Shown in pieces: positions 41,629 to 52,545 of a stretch of DNA of 64,000 bases. The stretch lies in assembly GCA_010909165.1 (NCBI GenBank), contig MU008196.1:434001-498000 (forward strand), given 5' to 3'. The stretch comes from Anthoceros angustus. Lineage: Eukaryota; Plantae; Anthocerotophyta. Under the pieces are notes generated by a model that saw only the letters and a list, made by a program, of their open reading frames with translations, had not been told where the DNA came from and did no database searches. Made by a program: the position numbers and the translations under genes. Position 1 is the first letter of the stretch. Each line of letters begins with the position of its first letter.

Positions 41629-43571
41629 TGTTGAGGTTGGAAGCTAGCCATGCTTCAAGAGGGTCAGAAATGTCAAGAAAACAAGTATTCAGAATTGCAA
41701 AACTAAGACCACCTAAACGAGGCCTTAAAACACAAATAAAGAGCAACTTTCAGCAAATAACACATAGACAATAGTCAAGGAGCTGAACCTACTATAGTTA
41801 GCTGGTCTCATCCTTTTTTAAACCCTAAAAAGTATCACTCACGTTTCCTACTCAATATGGCGGATATGTTTCCCATTTACCCACTTCTATATACTTATAG
41901 TAAGTTCAATCACCTACATCTTTTACGCATAGTTATATCCATCTTAACAAATTCAGTAAGCTGCATCCTCAACACTCCCACTCAGCGCACCTGAGTTTGC
42001 CTTAATCCAACTACCTCTCTACATTTCACCCTTTCACGAATAAAGTGACATTGGATATCATGATATATGATTTGTCCTTGAGTGCTGCACAGGGTTCTTG
42101 ATCAATGCCACGCTTCCCTGGTTGTCATTTTGAAGAACAGTTGGCTGCGCTTGTTGATACCTAATTTCTTCCATGAACCTTCTCAACCAAATGGCTTCCT
42201 TTGTAGCTTGTGTGGATGCCATGTACTCAGCCTCCACCGTAGGCATTGCAACAGTTGGTTGCTTTTTGCTATTCCAACTGATTGCACCTCCTCCTAGGAT
42301 AAACACATATCCGGTTGTGGACCTCCGATCATCAAGATCGCTCCCCCAATCCAAGTCACAATATCCAAGCAGTCTGTGTCGTTCATTTGAACCTGAAAAC
42401 TCAAGGTACATGTCATGTGTGCCTTTCAAGTACCTCATTATCCTCTTCACTGCAATCCAATGTGGCTTTCCAGGATTTTCCATATATTGGCTCACAACTC
42501 CTAGAGCTTTCCCAAGATCTGGACGAGTTGCAACCATGGCAAACATCAAACTGCCCAGTGCTTGTCTGTAAGGAATGTTCTTCATCTCCTCCTCCTCGTG
42601 ATTGCTTGCAGGACATTGGTCTTTGCTAAGCCTCATATCTAAGCAGGCGTTGCAATTGGCCTGCAATCAGTCATTCCAAAACGATCCAAGAGTTCCTCAA
42701 TGTACTTTTGTTGTCCAAGCTTGATTGTTCTCCTCACCCTGTGTCTAACCACTTGAATGCTAAGGCAATAGTTGAGCTCCCCAAGTCCTTCATTTCAAAT
42801 TGTCTTGACAACATCTCCTTTACCTCATTGATGGCATCTATAGATGCGCTCAACAAAACGAGGTCATCCACGTATATGGCTAAAATAACCATAGATTGGA
42901 GAACTTTGGATATGTAGATGCTCTCATTAGATGTGCATTGTTGAAATCCTTGCTCCTTTAAGAAGGCATTGATTCTCTCATACCAAGCTCTAGACCCTTG
43001 CTTCAATCCATAGAGAGCTTCCTTCAATTTGTACACCAAACTCTCATGGCCTTTTTCGATATACCCTTCGGGTTGCTCCATATAAATGTCCTCCTCCAAA
43101 TCTCCATTTAGAAATGCAGTTTTTACATCCATTTGATGGATCTCCAAATCATCAATTGCTCCTACTGCAAGTAAAGTCCTTATTGACACAAATTTGGCCA
43201 CTGGAGCAAAGGTCTCATTGTAATCCATGCCTTGTTCTTGGCTATATCCCTTCACCACCAATCTTGCCTTATATCTCTCAATCTGACCATTAGAATCTCT
43301 CTTGATTCTAAACACCCATTTGCTCCCAATAGCATTCCTTCCTGCAGGCAAGGAGGTTAACACCCAAGTGTCATTCTTCCTCAACGACTTCATCTCATCA
43401 TCCATAGCTTCTTTCCATTGCTTTGCATCCGTTCCTTGTAGTGCTTCAGCTATCGTTCTTGGTTCCCTCCCATATTCCATAGCAATGGATGCAAACTCTG
43501 GTCCTTCTCTCCAATCTCTTGGTGGACGACGCTCCCTTGTTGGATATCTCCTCGGAGGAAGAATTTCTTCT
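41629..43571 (-). mobile_element. Ty1/copia element E (family 1), 3' half only
   Basis: RT ORF 42734-43480 (YKARLVVKGY, QMDVKTAFLNG, IYVDDL), RNase H ORF 42058-42666, PPT and complete 3' LTR 41629-41974. Confidence 0.93.
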
Positions 43572-44209
43572 CACACTCGTGCACAAACTCGGAAATCAGT
43601 GAGTAAGGTGTGACCTGTCAATGGAGCATGTCTGAGGCATCAAAGGGGTGGGTTCATCCGCTGAAGCGCGTGTCGCGGGTGTAGGGAAACGCTGGAGGAA
43701 TGCGCACGGAAAGTATGGGTGTTTGTGGGGACCCGAGAGGGAAGACACAGGCTGGTGGGGTGAGTGTCTCTCCACCCAATTGCTAGGCCACAATTTGGGA
43801 TGCAATGTTGTCGATGTTACAAGGACAATCCAGTGTTGATGTGGTAATGTCGGGGGTGTTGTTTGGTAGAAGACGGCAAAGGAAAAGGGTAAACGTGGGT
43901 TAGTACATGGTCGAAGCCGGTGGGATGAAGCAAGCGAGTACACCGAAGAGAGCACCCATCGCAAGCGCAACACCAATCCTCCAATCTCGGCCGCGGATCT
44001 TTTATTGGCTAGTGAAAGAGAGTGTCTTTAATATTGGATAGAATAAGGCAATTCGGTGATTCGAATTCGGCTGGTGTGAGTGCGGGGTTGGGCCTGGGTT
44101 GTTTGCGATCTGTGGTAATGTAACCCAGGTTGCCGATGGTGGTTAGTTGTTATTACAATAGTCCATAAAAGTTACTCCTATCGTAAAAAGTAAAACGTTT
44201 GTATTTAAC

Positions 44210-44352
44210 TTGTGATTTTGAATTTGGGCACGCCTAGCATTGTGATTTTGAATTTGGGCACGCCTAGCATTGTGATTTTGAATTTGGGCACGCCTGGCAT
44301 TGTGATTTTGAATTTGGGCACGCCTAGCATTGTGATTTTGAATTTGGGCACG
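44210..44352. repeat. 30-bp tandem repeat, ~4.7 copies
   Basis: Unit tgtgattttgaatttgggcacgcctagcat; near-perfect, no spacers. Confidence 0.95.
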
Positions 44353-44595
44353 TGGTGGCTCCTAGAGGCCGACAACTGGTGATGGATCACCCTGTACGGA
44401 TGTACATCCGGCGAGCTCCTAAACCCAGTGGCACAAATTTAATGGGACCAGCATGCACCCGAGCTGCCACAATTTCCGGGCCCAACCGCAACGCGACAAT
44501 CGGCTCCCTAAACGTTGGGGGAGAGGTGGGGATGGTGCAATCACTGTACGCGTCCTCGCGGACCGGCGTGCCACTGAGGGTGCCGCCTGGCCGCG

Positions 44596-45630
44596 GTGAT
44601 GGGCGGGAGGAACCCAACAAACACCGTCGGTCTGGTCGGATTCCAGGAGGCTGTGCTCAACCGGCTGGCAAGGGAATGCATCCGACAGGAAAAGGCTCAG
44701 GTGTGCCTCATGACCAGTCTTTGCCCAGAAAACAATTTGCCCAAAATGCCGGCCCTGAATCCTGCTGATCTGCGGATTAACAAGGATGTGATTCAGTGGC
44801 GAGCAAACAGTCGAGGAATCCACCTCATGGAACTGTGCTCTGGGATCAGCAGCGGGTTGGAAGCGGTGTTGAAGAGTGGAATTCAGATAAGAAAGTATAC
44901 ATGTGTCGAGCTGGATGAGAGGGTGCGTGCGGTAGCTAGGACCAGAATCATACGTCTACAGAAGGAGTATCCCACGTTGTTGAGTAGGGAGGCGATTAAA
45001 GGATGCCAAAGCAGGTTGCCTACAGACATTTTTTTGGTAGGAAAACGACAGATTGAAGCAATCAGATGCCCTGTGGACGTGTTGATCGCAGGATGGGAGT
45101 GCAAAACCTTCTCCAGAGCCGATCATGGTGGTGGCAACGGTGTGGAGTTAGCAGTGGAAATAATTCGAATCCTGCGGGAACTGTAGGCGACTAATCGAAC
45201 TTGCTGGTACGTACTCGAAAATATGTGTGGTGCCTTTGACAAGCATGAACATGTCAGGAAAAACTATGAGCAACGGTACCAGAGCAATGCTGCATGGACG
45301 ACATCTTGCAGGCAGGCCGGCATTCATAGCAAGTGCGCAAGGGAGATGGATTACCACACTATCCGGTGAATGTGGTGGGAGAATCCGAAGGGCATGGCCC
45401 ACACTCGTGAGGACCGTGCAATCGTATGCGGTTCGGAAAGATGGAGAGGGTATGGTGTTAGACATGAACGGAAATGAAGTGGGGGAGCCTACGATAACAG
45501 AATGAGAACGGGCCATGGGGTTTGGTGCAGGCGGCACCCTCACACGTGGTGTGTCTGAATCATATCGATGCAGGTTGATAGGGCAGGCATTTGATCTGAC
45601 TTGCCTGCGATGGCTGATAAGTGTGGGAGT
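44596..45630 (+). pseudogene. C5-cytosine DNA methyltransferase domain, DNMT3-like (retrotransposon-encoded)
   Basis: Motif I/II LMELCSGISSGLEAVLKSGIQIRKYTCVELD; motif IV VDVLIAGWECKTFS; reading through TAG 45184 gives motif VI WYVLENM (45217); after a frameshift, motifs IX/X EPTITE*ERAMGFGAGGT...SESYRCRLIGQAFDLTCLRWL. Confidence 0.85.
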
Positions 45631-45779
45631 GGCCACACAGATGCCACATGCCGGACGAACGGCAGGAAGCATCTTCGGATGCGCGACGAGGAAGATGGTT
45701 ACACGGTTCCACAAGACAAAAGGAATTATACCGCAAACACTGCAAAAAAAGTTTCATCATCACGAGAGGGAGACAACGT

Positions 45780-47860
45780 GAGTCCGATTGATGACCGGAA
45801 AATATGTGAAGATTTGCAACCGGCCGATCAGGAAAAGATCCGGGACATGTTGCACAAAAATCGGAGCACATTCGCATTTAGATGGGCCGAGCTCGGGCGG
45901 TATGATCACATCAAGTTTAAGATCACCACCACCACCAATGAGCCTGTTTTTAGGAGGAGACACAGATTGAGCCCCATGGAGTGGGACATCGTGGATAAAC
46001 GATCCAAGGAGCTGGCCGCGACTGGGCTGATCAAGAAGTCAACTTCTCAATATGCTGCAGCCACAGTGTTGCCACTCAAGAAGGATGAAAATGGCGAGTG
46101 GAAGGATAGACGAATGTGTGGAGATTACCGAGCCTTGAATGAAGTAACTCCCATGGAATGGTATCTGTCATGCTGTGTGATACTAATCTCTGCACTTGGG
46201 TTTAGTGTTTGATTAGCATTAAATAATCTAATTACTTATCTTTAAGTAAGTAATTAGTGTTAATTAATCTAAGTTATTAATTAAGCATTGATTAGTGTTA
46301 ATTAAATATGGTTAGCAATAACTAAGTGGATAAGCTCAAGTAATATGCTTTGGCATATTCCTTGCATATTATAGTGTATTCTTAGGATACAATAGCTAAG
46401 TGGATAAGCTCAAGTAATATGCTTTGGCATATTCCTTGCATATTATAGTGTATTCTTAGGATATTTCCGGCATATGCTGATGCCAATAGGATATCTTAGG
46501 AATATGCCGATGCCAAGGGCTAGTATATATAGACCCTTCCATTGAGGACAAGCTCAGATCATAGATATGCAATGCAATCCTCTAGATATGCAATGCAAAA
46601 GCATTGTGATGAGGCCAAAGCTATGACTCCGAGAGCGATGTGTGAGGAATTTGCGTGTTGTTCTCGTGGGGAGAGTGTCTTTGTGCCACGACGTGCGAGC
46701 TACTCCCTCCTGTTGTTATTGGTTTGCACCTATATATCTGCGTATTAGATTTATTTTGCTTGGTTGTTTGTCGAGGAAGTGCTTATATGAATTTAAGTGC
46801 TTACCTCGTGCGACATATCCCATGCCCACTCCTGACAAGATCTTTGATGCTATTGGGAAGGCCAAGTACTTCACCACATTAGATTTTCGATCTGGTTTCA
46901 ATCAAATTGTAATTGAGGAGGAAGACAAGTGCAACACAACGGTTTGGGGCAAAGAACAACTGTGGGAATGGGAAACTATGCCGTTCGGCTTAAAGAACGC
47001 CTCCATATATTTTCAACGAGTAGCTGACTTGGAACTACAGGGGCTGTCTTTCGTAAAGTGCTACATTGACGACATCCTCGTGTTCAGCAACAGTCTGGAG
47101 GAACACCTTGAACACTTGGAAGTGGTACTGCAAAGATTGGCCAAGTCAGGGCTGAAGGCCCACCCAAAGAAGTGTAAGTTTGCATATAGGGAGATAGAAT
47201 ACATGGGGCACAAGATTGTGCCGGGAGGAGTGCTACCACAATTGGCCAAAGTACAGGCGGTGAATCTCATTCCCCGACCTAGAGATGCTGCTGCCTTGAG
47301 GGCGTTCCTGGGGCTTGTAAACTATTATCGTTGGTTCATCAGAAGCATGAGCGGAACTTGCAAGGCACTGTATGAGTTACTCAAAAAGGGAGTCCGCTGG
47401 CAGTGGGAGCAAGAACAGGAACAAGCATGGCAGGAGCTAAAGGAACAGTCGGCAGAGAGACCAATGCTCAGAAGGCCCAACTTCGACAAGCCCTTTGTCT
47501 TGTACACAGACTGGAGTGCAGCTGGAATTGGAGCCGTGCTTGCACAGACAGATGAAGAAGGAAGAGAGTGGGTCATCACCCATGCGAGTAGATCTAACAA
47601 TACCGCTGAGGCCAACTATTCATCATATTAAGGGGAGTGTCTCGCTGCTGTTTGGGCAGTTCTGCATTTCAGAGTGTATTTGTTTGGCCGAAGTTTTCAG
47701 CTGGTTACGGATCATCAGCCATTGCACTGGCTGATGACGAACATGAAATTGAGCAGAAAGCTTGCTAGATGGGCTTTGCTTCTGTCAGAGTATGACATGC
47801 AGATTGTACACCAGGCATGAACGGTGCATCTCAATGCCGATGGGCTCAACAGGAATCCAG
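45780..47860 (+). pseudogene. Gypsy reverse transcriptase + RNase H, interrupted by a solo LTR
   Basis: RRMCGDYRALNEVT | YPMPTPDKIFD, LDFRSGFNQI, MPFGLKNA, YIDDILVFS, FLGLVNYYR, LYTDWS, EANYSSY*GECLA, TDHQPL, NADGL. Confidence 0.93.
46166..46815. mobile_element. 650-bp solo LTR inserted in RT, 4-bp TSD TATC
   Basis: Ends TGTCA...CGACA, with TATC at 46162-46165 and 46816-46819. Removing it restores in-frame VTPMEWYPMP. Contains a TATATATA box (~46524) and an internal ~70-bp direct repeat. Confidence 0.88.
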
Positions 47861-48018
47861 TGTGTAGCACAAGGGACGTAACTGGGGCCAGACAAGACTT
47901 CGGATTCACTCAGTACGTGCCCAGTGTATACCTGGCACTAATGTCCATAGAACCGGAAAGCGAAGAACGGCTGGCATAAGGGGGTCGAGACATATGGAAA
48001 CTCAAGCAGGCCATTCAA

Positions 48019-49485
48019 TTGTTACGGGATGGGCATGTGGCTGGTTTGGACACAGCAGCGTTCCAGAAGCTACAACGAAGAATCGCTCGTTACACGTACA
48101 AAGACGATAGGGTGTTTGTGACTGATCGAGGGGTGAGCAAGGAGGTACCACCCGTGGAAGAAAGAAAGCAATTGGTGACCAAGGTGCACAGAACGCTGGG
48201 GCATTTTGGGGTAAAACGAACACACCACATGTTGAAAAATACATACTTCTGGTCAGGTATGTATGCTGATGTGGAACAGGTGGTAGCCAGGTGTGCTGCG
48301 TGCGATGCAGTGAAGGCAAGGTTTAACAGTCAGGATGTGGTATTACACTCGCTACCCATTAAGGGATTGTTTTTTAGATGGTCCGTTGATCTAATGCCTG
48401 AGCTGCCAATGACAAGACAGGGCAACAAGCACTGCATGTTGATGATAGAGCATTTTTCAAAGTGGGTAGAGTTGGCTTTTCTCCCGATCAAAAGCTCCCA
48501 ATATACGGCCCAGGCGTTTTTGCAGTGTGTTCTCAGTAGGTATGGGAGCTGTGCTAAAGTATTGACGGATCAAGGCAACGAATTTCATGGTGAATTCCAA
48601 GCATTGCTGGACCGAAGCCTGATAGATCACCGCCGCACATCCTGGGACCATCCTCAAGCTGATGGCTTGGCTGAACGGCTAGTGCAGACTTTCAAAGATT
48701 CCCTCCGCAAATATTGCACCGAGGTTGAACCCAGCTGCTGGGATGAGTTGCTGCCATATGTGGGGTTGGGATATAGGATCAGTGTGCAGGCCGCATTAGG
48801 TAACTTCTGCCCGTATTACATCATGTTTGGAAGAAATGCCGTGATGCCTAATATTGTGGTGGATGCTTATTCTAGGCCGATAGACTGGGCACAGAATCCA
48901 GAAGAATGCTCCTCGGAATTGCAAAACAGAGCCAAGTTGTTTCAACGAGTGATTTTGATGGCGATGGACAACCTAGCCATCGCACAACACCGAGATCAAC
49001 TCAGGTTTACAAGGGGTGGCTCATGGAAACCCAAGGCGAGGAAGTTTGAAGTGGGTGATTTTGTATATTTACAGCATCGTCCTTCTGGTACTTTGGATGT
49101 AAGTAGTGGACGCTTGATTTTACGGGTTGTGAGCATAGGTGAGCAGGGAGTGATTGAGTTGGAAGGACAGGATGGACGCCGATGTAAAGAACATATGCGT
49201 CATTTGGCACCGTGCCACTTGCCCAATATGGACACGAGGACACAACCACAGGCCTGGAAGCCGCCAATTGATTTGCCTTGTGAATTTTGTGGTCATATCA
49301 TGGAACCGGAACTGATGATACTCTGTGACAAATGTAGCAGAGGATATCATGTGTTTTGTTTACGGCCTCAACACAAGGTGATCCCAGATGGTGATTGGTT
49401 TTGTCACCGATGTGTCACTCAACGAACGGATAAAAGTGTTGGGGGGGCCAGACGGATGGCATGCTACGGACGCGGGTTCTCATAA
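48019..49485 (+). CDS. Gypsy integrase with C-terminal PHD finger
   Basis: Zinc-binding HRTLGHFG...CAAC; core WSVDL, LTDQGNEF, GLAERLVQTFK; GPY/F-like region FEVGDFVYL; PHD C4HC3 CEFC-x11-CDKC-x4-H-x2-C-x14-CHRC at 49279-49413. Confidence 0.92.
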   Translation: MLRDGHVAGLDTAAFQKLQRRIARYTYKDDRVFVTDRGVSKEVPPVEERKQLVTKVHRTLGHFGVKRTHHMLKNTYFWSGMYADVEQVVARCAACDAVKARFNSQDVVLHSLPIKGLFFRWSVDLMPELPMTRQGNKHCMLMIEHFSKWVELAFLPIKSSQYTAQAFLQCVLSRYGSCAKVLTDQGNEFHGEFQALLDRSLIDHRRTSWDHPQADGLAERLVQTFKDSLRKYCTEVEPSCWDELLPYVGLGYRISVQAALGNFCPYYIMFGRNAVMPNIVVDAYSRPIDWAQNPEECSSELQNRAKLFQRVILMAMDNLAIAQHRDQLRFTRGGSWKPKARKFEVGDFVYLQHRPSGTLDVSSGRLILRVVSIGEQGVIELEGQDGRRCKEHMRHLAPCHLPNMDTRTQPQAWKPPIDLPCEFCGHIMEPELMILCDKCSRGYHVFCLRPQHKVIPDGDWFCHRCVTQRTDKSVGGARRMACYGRGFS

Positions 49486-50285
49486 CTAAGAAGTCATTAG
49501 GGTTGACTGGTGCATAAAGTCCGTGTGCAATTTACACAGACAGCACCGAAGCGCGAGTGGTGAGAACTTGAGACGAGGTGGTTCGGAGCTATGGGATGCT
49601 AAGAACAAAGGGGCAGTCTCGACAGAGGCTGAGCCCTAGGGGCAAGGGCACGAAATCTGTGAGTTGCTGCAGGTGGAAAGGGCATGACCACGGTTTCGCT
49701 GTGCGCGTGAAGAGGAAGGGTGAGCGCACCACGAGCTGCCCTTCGAAATTCACGAAGGTGGCCAGCTCGCACTGAAGGACAGCAAGACCGATGATCGCCG
49801 CCAGAATTACGACAGCCATTGAGAGTAATTAGGTCGCGTGTGGCAACCCTGATCAAGTAGAACCGTGCAACAGGTGGAGGCTTACACGCCAGTAGGCCTC
49901 CAGAATCTAGGTGTCTGAATTGTGAGCTCAAGCGGTTCAATCCCGAACGTTATTGGCCACGGTGTTTGCGATTTTGCCACTTCAAGCCGAATACCTGGCG
50001 ATGATGTAGATACCACAACTGGTGGTTATGTTGTGAAATGTTTGGTTAGTGACGTGATGTGTGATGAGCAGAGATAGTGATGGGGGTGTGGCACGAGCAC
50101 AGTAAAGCAGGTGTTTGTGCTTGAGTGCAAGAAGCCAAGGTGTGGTAGTGTTGACACAACATAAATAAGAAGACCAGAAAGAGACAGCGAGTGCTGTAGC
50201 TGTTTCATCTGGTGGTTGAAGTCTAAAGTGAACAGAGACAAGTATGTGGTGTGATATTGTGGGTGCAGACACTAACTTGACAAAC

Positions 50286-51047
50286 ATGGACTTGGAGGCA
50301 GATCACACATGCAAGACATGTTTTCGTAGGATGCACCTTAGTGTGCCGTAGTTTCCCGAGCGGCCATGGGAGGATAAGTGGCACACTCCTTTGGTGCGTA
50401 AGTGTCAACCTGGTAAACTTGAACGACCGAAGACCTTTCTGGAATTGCAGGCCTTTTTGCTGTATGTGGAATCTCACCATGAAACCTGCAGCATTGAAAA
50501 CTTCCCATATGATCACAGGGATCTCTTTGAACTTGCAGGTCGGGGCATGAACAGACAGACTTTTGTGTGGACCAGTTACTATGAAGGGGCATTTTGTAAG
50601 TTGGAGCACCACCTCTTCATGCACTAGGTCTTTGATCATTGGCCCAAGGAACGATTTTTGGCATACAAGCAATAGGAAAAACCTGCAGATGTGTGCAGTT
50701 TGAAGGTGTGGCTTAGCCATTTACACCAGGAAAAACTAAGACGATATGCCATCGGCTATCCCAGGGCATTTTGTAGGTTGCTTGCCTGTACATTCCCGTA
50801 CATAGGCCTACATACAGGAATTTTGGAGTGGGATGAGCCAACGTCTGAGTGCTGGTACTTGCTTAACAATAATGTAGGTGACTTCTTGCGTGCTCGATGC
50901 ATTGAGAATCAATATTATGTTGATGGGTTGAATGGACCACAGCTTCCTAGGGTCAAGACGGAGTTAGACAGTGATGAAGAAGAAGAACTGATGGCTCGAC
51001 ATCGTGCCAGGGAGAGACAACGGTTGGGGAAAAGCTCAAGTGGCTGA
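50286..51047 (+). pseudogene. Unknown ~253-aa extra ORF downstream of integrase
   Basis: Single frame from ATG 50286 through ORFs 50391-50627 and 50691-51047, broken only by three in-frame TAG codons. Homologous to the 39.7-40.2 kb minus-strand ORF. Confidence 0.7.
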
Positions 51048-51239
51048 ATACTTTGATCCAGAGGAAAGGCGGGTGGCGGCCCTCTTGGCCACAGGACGAA
51101 CAGAGCATGAAAAACCATTGGAGCCCCAACTGCGTGATAGCATGTTCAGACGATTTTACCGGAGGTTTTACGGGATTTGAGTGTCCAAAGTGCTGCCACA
51201 ACAAGAGAAAGCTGTGGTTGCGACTTTGACAGGGGGGCC

Positions 51240-52545
51240 ATTTCTGAGCTTAACTTGGAACATTGTCATTTACGGGTTTGCTTTGAGAAGTGTTTGTTAT
51301 GTTTGATTTAGGTAAGCTACAGCTTGTGTGCGAAGCTTTGCAGTGCCATGTCCGTTATGCGGCAGTGGCGCGACAGCTGCCATGACATGTAGGATGTTAG
51401 GTCGTGAAGTGTGCATGTGTGCGTGGATGGTGTGTATGTCTATGTGAGGACATACACATATGCATGGGCATGGGCATATGCATGTATGAATATGCCCATC
51501 TGCGATGCGTGAGCGGGATGGTACAGCAAAGGGGCAACGTGTCGGCAGCCGGGCATTAAAAGCCAAGCTGTACGCGATCGCGGCGGGATTACGGCCTTTT
51601 GCAGAATCGCCCAGTGGCGCGCCTCCCAAGATGAGCAGCGATGGTGGGCATGCGGCGGCGCCGAGCGTGGGAGCAGCATCAAAAGGAGCAGCAATCCACG
51701 AGGAAGGGCGGATTGCTGATGTTTGTTTGTTATAGTGAGAAACAGCCATACGGCTCCGGATCGGTTGTGGGTGTGAGGCTCTTGTGGGAAAAGCGTCCAC
51801 GAACTTGCCTAAAGGACTTGATCGATTTTGCACAACATTTAAACAACTTGGAACATTGTCGTTTACGGGTTTGCTTTGAGAAGTGTTTGTTATGTTTGAT
51901 TTAGGGTAGGATACGGCTTGTGCGAAGCTTTGCAGTGCCATGTCCGTTATGCGGCGCGTGGCGCGACCGCCATGACATGTGGGATGTTAGGTCGTGAAGT
52001 GTGCATGTGTGTGGATGGTGTGTATGTCTATGTGAGGACATACATATGCATGGGCATGGGCATATGCATGTATGAATATGCCCATCTGCGATCGTGGCGG
52101 ATGGTAAAGTGCACAACGGGTGTCGGGGCATTAAAAGCTGTCAGCGCGATCAGCGGGATTACGGCCTTTTGCAGGAATCGTGACCGCACTGGCGCCTCCA
52201 AGATGAGCAGCGATGGTGGGCATGCGGCGGCGCCGAGCGTGGGAGCAGCATCAAAAGGAGCAGCAATCCACGAGGAAGGGCGGATTGCTGATGTTTGTTT
52301 GTTATAGTGAGAAACAGCCATACAGCTCCCGGATCGGTTGTGGGTGTGAGGCTCTTGTGGGAAACGTCCACGAACTTGCCTAAAGGGGACTTGATCGATT
52401 TTTGCACAACATTTCTGAGCTTAACTTGGAACATTGTCGTTTACGGGTTTGCTTTGAGAAGTGTTTGTTATGTTTGATTTAGGGTAGGATACGGCTTGTG
52501 TGCGAAGCTTTGCAGTGCCATGTCCGTTATGCGGCTGTGGCGCGA
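51240..52545. repeat. ~600-bp tandem repeat, ~2.2 copies
   Basis: aacttggaacattgtc..tttacgggtttgctttgagaagtg recurs at ~51252, ~51845 and ~52423. Confidence 0.88.

Larger units (their letters stand above)
44352..51240 (+). mobile_element. Ty3/gypsy retrotransposon carrying a DNMT3-like methyltransferase, a PHD-finger integrase and a 3' extra ORF
   Basis: Collinear plus-strand domains C5-MTase > RT > RNase H > integrase-PHD > extra ORF > purine tract AGGGGGG (51231). gag, protease and paired LTRs were not identified, so boundaries are approximate. Confidence 0.85.

Noticed and set aside
36142-41974. Two same-orientation LTRs enclosing 5 kb of cargo as one composite element
   Set aside because: The PBS and PPT face outward (each LTR belongs to its own copia half, D or E), and there is no PBS/PPT or shared TSD on the inner side.
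44210-44352. 30-bp repeat array as a CRISPR array
   Set aside because: Units are head-to-tail with no unique spacers, no cas genes are present and the context is eukaryotic.
44596-45630. Host DNMT3/DRM gene
   Set aside because: It is intronless, has no recognisable host N-terminal domains, and runs directly into RT.
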